Shown: piece by piece, positions 54,262 through 62,900 of the stretch
How positions within the stretch are numbered: the first letter of the stretch is position 1
How the letters are laid out: the number at the start of each line of letters is the position of its first letter
DNA from: Rhodocyclaceae bacterium
GTDB taxonomy: Bacteria; Pseudomonadota; Gammaproteobacteria; Burkholderiales; CAIKXV01
Direction: 5' to 3'
Assembly: GCA_020248265.1 (NCBI GenBank)
Contig: JADCHX010000004.1
Location: forward strand, 103,473-167,472
Length of the DNA: 64,000 nucleotides
Notes under the pieces: model-generated
What the model was told of the DNA's origin: nothing
Database searches by the model: none
What the model saw: only the letters and a program-made list of their open reading frames with translations
Made by a program: the position numbers and the translations under genes

Positions 54262-56337
54262 ATGCAAGGTCATTCGTCAGGCGCTCTTGCGCGCCTGTTG
54301 AGCTTCGCCGCGCTGGCGTTGCTGGTCGCCGGCTGCGCGATCACCCCCGCGTCCCTGGAGGAAAGCAGCCGGCCGATCGCCGGCTATCTCGACTACTCGT
54401 GGGACAAGAACTCGGTGCTGTTCAATACCCGCGAGCGCAGCCGGCGGACGGTGTTCATGGACACCTTCTATCCCTTCGATCCCTCGCTGCGCTACAACAA
54501 CGCCGAGGCGTTGGTACGCCACGAACTCGACCATCGGCCATTCATGCAGGACGGCGTGCTGATGGTGGCCTTGTCGGACCTGCGCAGGATCTACGCGCCG
54601 TTCATGAGCTACTCGGTCGACGCCTCGACTCAGCGCTTCACGGTGCAGCACCACTTCTTCCGCAAGCGGGTGGCGGCGGGCTCGGGTTCGCGCGCGCCGA
54701 CGATCGAATACACCAGGATCGCCTGGCAGGGGGCCTATGCGCTCGGCAGCACGGCGGCAACCTCCTCGTCGGCCACCCACGCCACGGTCACCGACCGCAA
54801 CCAGATCGACAAGGCCGCGGTGGCCAATGCCGGCGCGGCCGCTGCGGCGACGCTGGCCGCGGCACCGGTACAGCGGAACGGGCGCATCTATGTGCCCGTG
54901 GCGAGCTTCATGCGCACCCTCGGCAAGACCATCACCGACGATACCGCCGCCAGTGGCTATCTGGCGGTGAGCCATGTCGACCCGCAGGACACGGCAGATG
55001 ACATCTTCAACCCGGCATACGCCAACCGCGGCCTGCCCAATACGCCGATCACCCCGGCGCGGGTGAAGACCATGAACGGCCTGCTCGACGGCAGCATCGA
55101 CCGCGGCAACCTGTGGTTCTCGATGTATCTGGGCGACATCCGGGTGTTCAGCGGCAAGGCCGATGCGAACGGGCAGGATATCCACGTGATGTCGGCAGTG
55201 GACCGCATCGTCCCCTATCGCCTGTATGTGCCGGCGCGCTACGACTCGCGGCAGCCTTCGAAGTTCACCTTCAACCTGCACGGCGCCACCGGCAACGAGA
55301 ACGCCCCCTTCGAACGGCCGAACGACCATCTGAAGAACCATCCTTCGGCGCTCGGGCTGAACAGCCTCGAAGCCTACGCCGACCACTACAGCTACATCAT
55401 CCTGTCACCCAACGGCTGGACGCGCGGGCCGGTGTGGGGCAGTGGACCCGGCGAGCAGATCATGCTGGCCGCGCTGGAGCAGGTCCGGCAGCGGTACAGC
55501 ATCGACCCCCAGCGCATGTTCATCTTCGGAAACTCCGCCGGCGCTGCGGGTGCGATGAGCTTCGTGCGGCGTCACGGCCACCTGTTCAAGGCGATGGCGC
55601 CGACCGCGCCGGGCGGCAGCAAGCCCTACGCCGCGGACCTCAACGACCGTATCCTCGACATACCGACCGTCCTTTCGTGCTTCACGGCCGACGTGACCGT
55701 CTTCTATGTGGGCAACGCCAGGAACTCCTGCCAGACCTGGTACGCGGAGAACCTGCGCGGCCGGATGCGCAACCTCACCACGATCACGGTCGAGAACGGC
55801 CACCACTCCTTCGGCCCGGCCTCTCTCTACCAGATCACCTTCGACCATTTCGAGCGCGCGCTCGATCGGACGCCGCCGAGGAACGTCGCCGCGGTGCGAC
55901 TGGGCGCGGGCCAGGCTACCGCCACGGTGGCGGAATCGGGCGGCGCGACGTCCCGCGTCAAGCTGGCCACGGCGCCGGTGCGCGAAGGGGGTGCGCTGAT
56001 GGTGGCGCTGGACGATCTTGCCCGCATCTACGGCGAAAGGGATTTCCGCGTCTACGATGTACATGCCTACAACCAGAAGCCCTCGGACATGGTGTCGGTC
56101 AAGACGGTGCTGTTCAACCAGGTTTCCGTGAACATCAAGCCCGGCGAGCGCTTCCTGCGTGTGGGTGGCACCATCCATCCCGGCGATACCGTCGACGGAA
56201 AGACCCGGGTGGCGGCGGAGGACCCCCGCGTGGACAAGCGCAGCCTGTCGGTACCGGCACGCAACAGCAGTGGCAGGATCATGGTGCCGGTGGTCGAATT
56301 CATGCAGCTGTTCGGCAAGACCGTGACCGTGGAATGA
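54262..56337 (+). CDS. large lipoprotein: esterase (alpha/beta hydrolase) core flanked by repeated copper-amine-oxidase-N-terminal-like (stalk) modules
   Basis: ATG 54262 with GGGAGGAGGA upstream. Lipobox ALLVAGC. Core has YRLYVPARYD..FNLHGATG and the nucleophile elbow FGNSAGAAG. Four related beta-hairpin motifs (see findings). Confidence 0.7.
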   Translation: MQGHSSGALARLLSFAALALLVAGCAITPASLEESSRPIAGYLDYSWDKNSVLFNTRERSRRTVFMDTFYPFDPSLRYNNAEALVRHELDHRPFMQDGVLMVALSDLRRIYAPFMSYSVDASTQRFTVQHHFFRKRVAAGSGSRAPTIEYTRIAWQGAYALGSTAATSSSATHATVTDRNQIDKAAVANAGAAAAATLAAAPVQRNGRIYVPVASFMRTLGKTITDDTAASGYLAVSHVDPQDTADDIFNPAYANRGLPNTPITPARVKTMNGLLDGSIDRGNLWFSMYLGDIRVFSGKADANGQDIHVMSAVDRIVPYRLYVPARYDSRQPSKFTFNLHGATGNENAPFERPNDHLKNHPSALGLNSLEAYADHYSYIILSPNGWTRGPVWGSGPGEQIMLAALEQVRQRYSIDPQRMFIFGNSAGAAGAMSFVRRHGHLFKAMAPTAPGGSKPYAADLNDRILDIPTVLSCFTADVTVFYVGNARNSCQTWYAENLRGRMRNLTTITVENGHHSFGPASLYQITFDHFERALDRTPPRNVAAVRLGAGQATATVAESGGATSRVKLATAPVREGGALMVALDDLARIYGERDFRVYDVHAYNQKPSDMVSVKTVLFNQVSVNIKPGERFLRVGGTIHPGDTVDGKTRVAAEDPRVDKRSLSVPARNSSGRIMVPVVEFMQLFGKTVTVE

Positions 56338-56371
56338 TGGCCCGGAACCACCCATTACCCAGGAGGACACC

Positions 56372-57361
56372 ATGACCACCCATGCATTTGCCGCGCCCGT
56401 CGTCGACGCCCTTTCCGTACGCGTGCTGGTGGATTCGCGCTACGAGCGCTTCCTGCCGCGGATGGACCATCCGCACGTGAAGATCGAGCACGTCGGCCGC
56501 ATCATCGGCCGGCCGGAGAGCACGTTTGCCTGCGAGTGGGGCCTGTCGCTGCATCTGACCTCGGAGAAGGACGGTGCGAAGGCGCAGTACGTGCTCGACT
56601 TCGGCTACACGCCGGAGATCATCAACCGCAACTTCGAACTGCTCGGCATCGAGCCCGGCAAGATCAACGGCCTGATCCTCAGCCACGGCCACCTCGACCA
56701 TTTCGGCGGCCTGCAGGGCTTCGTCAAGCAGCATCGCGGGCAGATGCGCGATGACCTCGCGCTGTATGTCGGTGGCGAGACCATCTTCCGCACCAAGTGG
56801 GTGAAGGAAGGCGGCGAGACCCTGCCGTGGTGCACCCTCGACCGCGCGGCGCTGGAGGCGCAGAAGGTGCTGCCGGTGTGCTGCCCGCAGCCGCAGGCAC
56901 TGGATGGTGCCTTCACCTCGGGCTACATCGAGCGCACCTCCTTCGAGACCGTGACCGGCGGCTCGCTGGTGGTGGACGACCATTTCACGCCGACCGAGCG
57001 CGCGGGCAACCTGGTCAAGGACACCCATCCCGACGAACACGCCACCTGCTACATCGTCAAGGGCAAGGGCCTTGTAGTGATTTCATCCTGCGGCCACACC
57101 GGCATCATCAACACCGTGAGGAGCGCGATGAAGGCCGCCAACACCGACAAGGTACACGCCGTGATGGGCGGCTTCCATCTGGGCCCTGCGCCGGTGGATT
57201 ACCTGCAGCACACGCTGAAGGAACTGCAGGCGATCAATCCCGACGTGATCGTGCCGATGCATTGCACCGGCGAGCGCTTCATCGACATGCTGCGCCAGCA
57301 GATGCCGGATCGCGTGGTGTACTCGAACGTGGGCAGCCGCTATACCTTCGGCCTGCAGTAA
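56372..57361 (+). CDS. MBL-fold metallo-hydrolase (COG1237-like)
   Basis: 329 aa. LILSHGHLDHFGG, SSCGHTGIIN and GGFHL. Confidence 0.75.
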   Translation: MTTHAFAAPVVDALSVRVLVDSRYERFLPRMDHPHVKIEHVGRIIGRPESTFACEWGLSLHLTSEKDGAKAQYVLDFGYTPEIINRNFELLGIEPGKINGLILSHGHLDHFGGLQGFVKQHRGQMRDDLALYVGGETIFRTKWVKEGGETLPWCTLDRAALEAQKVLPVCCPQPQALDGAFTSGYIERTSFETVTGGSLVVDDHFTPTERAGNLVKDTHPDEHATCYIVKGKGLVVISSCGHTGIINTVRSAMKAANTDKVHAVMGGFHLGPAPVDYLQHTLKELQAINPDVIVPMHCTGERFIDMLRQQMPDRVVYSNVGSRYTFGLQ

Positions 57362-57381
57362 GCCACGGCCCGGATATCGTT

Positions 57382-57545
57382 TCAGCTGCCGGTGCAGACC
57401 GCCCTGTCGCCGGCGTCGGTGATCACGACCACCTTCACCGCGGGATCGGTGTCGAGCTTCGGAAGCAGTTGCATCGGGTCATCAGCGCGTCGCCTTGTCA
57501 TCGCCCGGCGTATCGCCGGGGTGCGAGCATGAATCCGATCGTCGA
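57382..57545 (-). pseudogene. enoyl-CoA hydratase (crotonase) N-terminal remnant
   Basis: The tail of track ORF 57382..57822 reads RPAIRRAMTRRRADDPMQLLPKLDTDPAVKVVVITDAGDRAVCTGS, then a stop. This matches the crotonase pattern D..V+VVVLTGAG.+AFCAG and ends where the oxyanion helix should begin. Confidence 0.4.
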
Positions 57546-58256
57546 TCAGCGTGCAGCAGGTTCCAGCCCTGTCGCACGGATGTCGTCGGCCGCCTCTGCC
57601 GAGGCGAGGAACTCGATCGCGCGTGCCGCCGCTTCGGGATGCACGGCGCTCACGCCGACTGCCGCGCTGAAGGTCGTGAACAGCTGGACTTCGTCCGGCA
57701 GCGGGGTGATGTGCGCGATGCCCTCGATCGGCAGCAGTTCGCTCACCTGCTGGAAACCGATTTCGATCTCGCCATTGGCGATGAATGTGCCGACGCGCTG
57801 GCCGTTGCCGACGAACTGACACTTCGGCATCACTTCGTCATGGATGCCCAGCCGCCGGAACAACTCGGTGGTGAGGTAGCGCCCGCTCACGCTCGCGGAA
57901 TAACCGATCGAGGTGGCGCGCAACAGGGTGTCGCGCAGGGCGTCGACCGTGCCGATGTCGGGTGCGGGCGCTCCGGCCCGTACCGCGACCCCGATCACCG
58001 ACTGTGCCAGCAGCACACGGCCTTCTGCCCGTGCGAGGCCGTCGCGGATGAACCCCTGCATGACGCTGTCGTCGCAGATCACGAGGTCGGCGACTTCGCC
58101 GCGTTTCAGCCGGTTGGGGATCGAAATGTCCCCGGTGCCGATAGACGTGGTGACGGTGACGACCTTCAGTCCAGTGATGCGTTCGACGGCGGGCAGCAGC
58201 CGGAGGTGGGCGGCGGTGAATGCGCCTGAAGTCATCACCCGCAATTCTTTGCTCAT
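57546..58256 (-). CDS. ModA-like (molybdate/tungstate-type) SBP-fold protein without signal peptide
   Basis: Start ATG 58256 or GTG 58268. LRVMTSGAFTAAH and DLVICDDSVM. No leader peptide. Confidence 0.55.
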   Translation of the reverse strand: MSKELRVMTSGAFTAAHLRLLPAVERITGLKVVTVTTSIGTGDISIPNRLKRGEVADLVICDDSVMQGFIRDGLARAEGRVLLAQSVIGVAVRAGAPAPDIGTVDALRDTLLRATSIGYSASVSGRYLTTELFRRLGIHDEVMPKCQFVGNGQRVGTFIANGEIEIGFQQVSELLPIEGIAHITPLPDEVQLFTTFSAAVGVSAVHPEAAARAIEFLASAEAADDIRATGLEPAAR

Positions 58257-58437
58257 GGATTCGCCCACACGCTATATCGGGCCGGAAGGATAGCACCGTG
58301 ACATTGCGGCGATGGCAGCGCAGCGCGGCGTACTTCCGCCCGGCAGCGCTACGCCCTCCGGCTCAGGAGCGTTGTGTTCCGGGGGCACAGGTTCCGGGGT
58401 ATTCTTTCCTGGTTCGCCGTGCAGAGGAGGCCAGTGC

Positions 58438-59457
58438 GTGACCCAGAATGACAAGACCCGTCGCCCGGTTCCGGCAGTTCCCCTGGCTGGACGGGCCGCC
58501 CTGGCTGCCCTGGCTGCTACCGCCCTGCTCACCGCCGCGGGTGCGACCCGGGCCGCGGATGCACCCTATCCGACACGGCCGATCCGTATCATCGTGCCGT
58601 TCGCCCCCGGCGGCGGCAACGACATTGCTGCGCGCTTCCTTGCGCAGATGTTCCAGGATTCGTTCGGCCAGCAGGGGCTGGTCGACAACCGTCCCGGCGC
58701 CGGCAGCACGCTGGGCACCGCGATCGCCGCCCAGGCCCAGCCGGACGGCCACACCATCCTGATCACGCATAACGCGATAGCCATCAACGAAAGCCTGTAT
58801 GCGAAGCTGCCATACAGCGTGCGCGACTTCGCGCAGGTCGCGTTCATCGGCGAGACCACCAACGTGCTGGTGGTGCATCCATCGATGAACGTGAAGAGCG
58901 TGAAGGAACTGCTGGTGCTGCTGCGCTCCAAGAAAGGCGTGTTCAACTACGCGAGCACTGGCGCTGGCGGCACCTCGCACCTGGCGGCCGAATACTTCAA
59001 GCAGATGACCGGCACCGACATGGTCCACGTGCCGTACAAGGGCACCGGCCCGGCACTGGCCGACCTGGTCGGTGGAGCGACCCAGTTCATGATCTCGGGC
59101 GCACCGGGCACGCTCGGCTTCATCAAGGGCAACCGCCTCGTGCCGCTGGCCACCACAGGCGCGAAGCGCTGGGCCCAGCTGCCCGACCTGCCGACGCTGT
59201 CCGAAGCCGGCGTCCCCGGCTACCAGTTCGACCTCTGGTACGGCGCGCACGCCCCGGCGAAGACGCCGCGCTACATCGTCAACCGGCTGAACGCCGAGAT
59301 CAACAAGTCGCTGCAGGTGCCGGCGCTGCGCGCTCGGCTCGTCGATGCAGGCCTCGATCCGGTGGCCTTGTCGCCGGAAGAGTTCACGAAGTTCGTGCGC
59401 ATCGAGACCGAGCGGGCGCGCAAGATCATCCAGGCGTCGGGCGCCAGGCCGGAGTAG
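58438..59457 (+). CDS. Bug/TctC-family periplasmic solute receptor
   Basis: In-frame GTG 58438 with GAGGAGG 7 nt upstream. PYPTRPIRIIVPFAPGGGND and VPYKGTGPALADLVGGAT. Confidence 0.85.
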   Translation: MTQNDKTRRPVPAVPLAGRAALAALAATALLTAAGATRAADAPYPTRPIRIIVPFAPGGGNDIAARFLAQMFQDSFGQQGLVDNRPGAGSTLGTAIAAQAQPDGHTILITHNAIAINESLYAKLPYSVRDFAQVAFIGETTNVLVVHPSMNVKSVKELLVLLRSKKGVFNYASTGAGGTSHLAAEYFKQMTGTDMVHVPYKGTGPALADLVGGATQFMISGAPGTLGFIKGNRLVPLATTGAKRWAQLPDLPTLSEAGVPGYQFDLWYGAHAPAKTPRYIVNRLNAEINKSLQVPALRARLVDAGLDPVALSPEEFTKFVRIETERARKIIQASGARPE

Positions 59458-59576
59458 AGATCTGGCGGGGGAGGGTGCGCCGGTCCCGGCCACCGCGCGG
59501 TTGGTCGGTCAAGGCCGGAAAGGCCTCCTCGACGATCCGTAATGCGACGGTCCGGGACCCTGCAGGCGCTACTACT

Positions 59577-60686
59577 TCACCAGTTCGACCTCGCTGGGTG
59601 ACCTGAAATGGCTGTGCGCCGCGCCGATGCCGCGCTGACCTGGGCCTCGCTGCCTTCGCTGCGCGCCCGCAGTTGGCCGCAGCCACCGTCCACGTCCTGC
59701 CCGGCCGAATGGCGCAGCTTGGTGAGGATGCCGCGGCGCTTCAGCAGCCGCGCCATTTCGGCCGCACGTTCCCAGCTGGGCCGCTGCCAGGGCAGGCCGG
59801 GCACGCTGTTGTAGGGAATCAGGTTCAGCACCGCGTACTGGCCGTGCAGCAGTTGCACGATGCCGTCAATCTCGTCGTCGCCGTCGTTCACGCCCTGCAT
59901 CAACGTCCACTGGTACTGGATGGGGTAGCCAGTGGCCCGCGCGTAGGCGGTACCTGCGGCCACCAATTCGCCCGGCGTGATGCGGGCAGCACGGGGCAGC
60001 AGCTGTTCGCGCAGGCCCGGCTTGGTGGTGTGCAGGCTCAGCGCCAGCGCCGGGCGCACCTGGCCTTGGTGTAGCGCCATCAGGCGTTCGAAGGCACGCG
60101 GGTCGCCCACGGTGCTGAAAACCAGGTTCTTGTGGCCGATGTTGCCTAGCGAGCCCATCAGTTCAATGGCCTCGAGCACGGCATCCAGGTTGTGCGCCGG
60201 CTCGCCCATGCCCATGAAGACCACTTTCTTCACTGGCCGCAGCGTGCGGGCCAGGGCCAGCTGCGCCACGATTTCGGCGCTGCCCAGCTGGCGCAGCAGG
60301 CCACCCTGCCCCGTCATGCAGAAACCGCAGCCCACGGCACAGCCCACCTGGGTGCTGACGCACAGGCCGGGAATGCGCTCGGGCGTCAGCAGCACGCTTT
60401 CCACGGTCTTGCCGTCGGCCAGCTTCACCAGCAGGCGTTCGCTGCCGTCCTCAGCCGGGTGGCGCTGTTGCAGTATGGCCAGGCCCTGCAGCATGGCTTG
60501 CCAGGCGGGCAACTCGTGCCGCACGCGCTGGGGCAGGAAGTGCTCGGGCTGGCTGCGGCGCGGGCCCTGCGGCAAGGCCTGAACCCACAGGCGCAACAGG
60601 TGCGCCACATGGCGCGGGCCCGCGCCATGGCTGTGCAGATGGGCAATGAGTTCCTTGATCTGGTTCATGGCAAAGGATTGGACCAT
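59577..60686 (-). CDS. RlmN/Cfr-family radical-SAM RNA methyltransferase (orphan paralogue)
   Basis: 369 aa (alternative ATG 60668). CAVGCGFCMTGQ (CxxxCxxC) and MGMGEPAHN. The mechanistic Cys pair is conserved in LCVSTQVGC and DVDGGCGQL. Confidence 0.8.
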   Translation of the reverse strand: MVQSFAMNQIKELIAHLHSHGAGPRHVAHLLRLWVQALPQGPRRSQPEHFLPQRVRHELPAWQAMLQGLAILQQRHPAEDGSERLLVKLADGKTVESVLLTPERIPGLCVSTQVGCAVGCGFCMTGQGGLLRQLGSAEIVAQLALARTLRPVKKVVFMGMGEPAHNLDAVLEAIELMGSLGNIGHKNLVFSTVGDPRAFERLMALHQGQVRPALALSLHTTKPGLREQLLPRAARITPGELVAAGTAYARATGYPIQYQWTLMQGVNDGDDEIDGIVQLLHGQYAVLNLIPYNSVPGLPWQRPSWERAAEMARLLKRRGILTKLRHSAGQDVDGGCGQLRARSEGSEAQVSAASARRTAISGHPARSNW

Positions 60687-60755
60687 ACGCGGCGGTACCC
60701 ATGACCTGCAGCACGTCGAACAGGCCGTATCAAGTGCACCACAGACGCGGCGGCA

Positions 60756-60867
60756 ACGATCGGGGTGCGGTTGATGACGGGCGACGCAGGCGTCATCGAG
60801 CGCTGTCGGGCCGGGTTGGCCAGCCGATACAGGGCCGATCGTGGCTTGCGGCGTATCGGCGCGAGGC
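60756..60867 (+). repeat. 112-nt direct repeat, copy B = IS91-family transposase fragment B
   Basis: Partner of 48591..48702 (100/112 identity). Reads ALSGRVGQPIQGRSWLAAYRRE in the frame equivalent to copy A. Confidence 0.8.
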
Positions 60868-61102
60868 TGGAGACGGTGGATGACAAGATTGTCACTACTT
60901 GATGGCAGCCGCGTGCATTTGCCGGCTGGACTTCTGCGCCGTGTTCGGGTTTGTCACGGAGTTTTCATACTGGGCGGATACCGTCCCCTCGCCTGCGCAC
61001 ACGGGAACGGCATCCGTCGACCCACCTGCCAGCCATGTCCGATCCGGGCGCGGCCGGCGAAGTGATGCAGGGCCCTTCCGAATCCTCGCAGGAGCAGAAA
61101 AC

Positions 61103-61585
61103 ATGAAACGTCGTCTCTGGCTGGTCTGCGCGGCCGCCGTGCTGGCCTCCGGTTGTGCCTCGATGGACAGCGCGCCCGTCGACATCGCGGCCACCGCGGC
61201 CGCTTCGCCGGACTTCACGATCCTGTCGAAGGCTATCCAGGTCGCCGGCCTGACCGACACGCTGAAAGGGCCGGGGCCGTTCACGGTGTTCGCCCCGAAC
61301 GACGCGGCGTTCCGCGCGCTGCCCAAGGGCACGCTCGACAAGCTCCTGGCCGACCCGGGGACGCTGCGCCAGGTGCTCACGTACCACGTCGTGCCGGGCA
61401 AGGTGATGGCCGTCGACGTCAAGACGAGCTCGGTCAAGTCGGCGCAGGGCACCGCGCTCGCGCTGTCGCGCGCGGGTGCGTTCGTGACGGTCGAAGATGC
61501 CGCTGTGATCAAGGGCGACATCCAGGCCACGAACGGCGTGATCCACGTGATCGACAGCGTCCTGCTGCCGCCGCTGAAGAAGTAG
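61103..61585 (+). CDS. fasciclin (FAS1) domain lipoprotein
   Basis: ATG 61103. Lipobox AVLASGC. FTVFAPNDAAFRALP and ATNGVIHVIDSVLLP. Confidence 0.8.
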   Translation: MKRRLWLVCAAAVLASGCASMDSAPVDIAATAAASPDFTILSKAIQVAGLTDTLKGPGPFTVFAPNDAAFRALPKGTLDKLLADPGTLRQVLTYHVVPGKVMAVDVKTSSVKSAQGTALALSRAGAFVTVEDAAVIKGDIQATNGVIHVIDSVLLPPLKK

Positions 61586-61591
61586 GCGAGT

Positions 61592-61611
61592 GCCGGTCCG
61601 CCCGGACCGGC
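61592..61611 (+). terminator. GC-rich hairpin after the fasciclin gene (possible intrinsic terminator)
   Basis: GCCGGTCC-GCCC-GGACCGGC, a perfect 8-bp stem 6 nt after the stop. No T-run follows. Confidence 0.35.
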
Positions 61612-61760
61612 ATCCTCTGCGCCTGAAGCTGCGTCTGCATCTGCGCGTGACGCCATGCCTGATGCAGCTGCAGGCGCCGCCATCACCGGCGCTGCCTGAC
61701 GCTGCCCCACCCTGCTCGCACGCCGCAACGGGTCGTCCCCCGGCGCTGTTGCTGCTGCAC

Positions 61761-61916
61761 TCAGGCGGTCGCGCGAGCGGCTGCGGCGATCTCCTCGGCC
61801 CATTCGCGTGAAGTCGACGCTCGCTCGGAGTCGACCGTCACCCGAACGACCGGGTCGGTGCCGGACGGCCGCCCCGCATGGTCCGAACGCACTGATGGGC
61901 AGGTCTGATGCGGCAT
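61761..61916 (-). pseudogene. C-terminal remnant of a phosphoglucosamine/phosphohexose mutase (GlmM-like)
   Basis: 51 codons: MPHQTCPSVRSDHAGRPSGTDPVVRVTVDSERASTSREWAEEIAAAARATA. Compare the E. coli GlmM end as I recall it, [21 protein letters not shown]..IADAV. Confidence 0.5.
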
Positions 61917-61934
61917 GGTCGGTAGAAACCCCCA

Positions 61935-62891
61935 CTATTCGCCAAACGCGATCCCTTCAGGCAGCGTGAACAGCGCATCGATGTCGGGCATCGCATCGAT
62001 GAACCCCTGCGCCTGCAGGTAGCCAGCGAGCTTGCCGACGACCATCCGGTTCACCGGCGTCAGGCCGTAGGGCAGCGGGTCGCCGCCGAAGATATCGAAC
62101 ACGCGCGCCCAGGTGTTCTTCGCCCACGGCATCAGCGACGAACCGATCTTCCGTGCATAGGCCTCGCGCTTGGCATCCACGTACGACTGCGCGACTGCGG
62201 CCAGCAGGCCCGGGTGCTGCTGATGTACGTCGGTACGTACGACCACGCAGTGGTTGATCGGGTAGATGCCTGTGCGCTCGTAGTAAGCGAGTTCGGTCGC
62301 CTCTGCATCGCGCAGCACGGTGCGTAACTGGCGCTGGTGCAGCGGCTTCTGGAAATCCTTCACCACGAAGCCGAGGCTGGCGTCGGCCTGTCCCGCGAGC
62401 AGCAGGTCTTCGGTCGCGCCTTCCATGAAGTCGATGCGTGCGCCGGCCGGTGCGGCGTGGCGCTGATTGCGTCCGGTGACCCAGGTGATCGATCGCCAGT
62501 CGACGCCGTACTCGTCCTCGAGCAGGCCGCGCACCCAGGTCGCCGCGGTCATCGTGTAGTCGTCGACCGCGATGCGCCGCCCGCCCAGCTGTGCCAGGGA
62601 TACGATGTCGCTGTCGCGCCGAGTGATCAGCGTACCGTGGCGGAACGCGCGGTTCGGGAACACCGGGATCGCGGTCACCCAGTCCTCGCCGTTCGCGCGC
62701 AGCGTGAGGTAGTTGGCCAGCGAGAACTCGCACACCTCGTAGGGGCGGCTGTGCATCATCGCCTTGAAGATGTCGTTCGGCGACGACGGCTCGAAGGTGA
62801 AGCGGAAGCCCAGCCGCTCGCCGGGCAAGCCGATCAGGTGCTCGTAGTCGCCGCCGCGGATGCGGAACTCGGGTATCCGGTCAGGCTGCAT
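61935..62891 (-). CDS. SBP-fold-like protein resembling 4,5-dihydroxyphthalate decarboxylase family, no signal peptide
   Basis: 318 aa. CEFSLANYL and GIYPINHCVVVR. Assignment is tentative. Confidence 0.45.
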   Translation of the reverse strand: MQPDRIPEFRIRGGDYEHLIGLPGERLGFRFTFEPSSPNDIFKAMMHSRPYEVCEFSLANYLTLRANGEDWVTAIPVFPNRAFRHGTLITRRDSDIVSLAQLGGRRIAVDDYTMTAATWVRGLLEDEYGVDWRSITWVTGRNQRHAAPAGARIDFMEGATEDLLLAGQADASLGFVVKDFQKPLHQRQLRTVLRDAEATELAYYERTGIYPINHCVVVRTDVHQQHPGLLAAVAQSYVDAKREAYARKIGSSLMPWAKNTWARVFDIFGGDPLPYGLTPVNRMVVGKLAGYLQAQGFIDAMPDIDALFTLPEGIAFGE

Positions 62892-62900
62892 GGATGCCGG

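Noticed and set aside
59458-59576. Possible bidirectional terminator between the convergent Bug and RlmN-like genes (GGCCGGAAAGGCC).
   Set aside because: The stem is only 4 bp and there is no U-tract, which is too weak to call.
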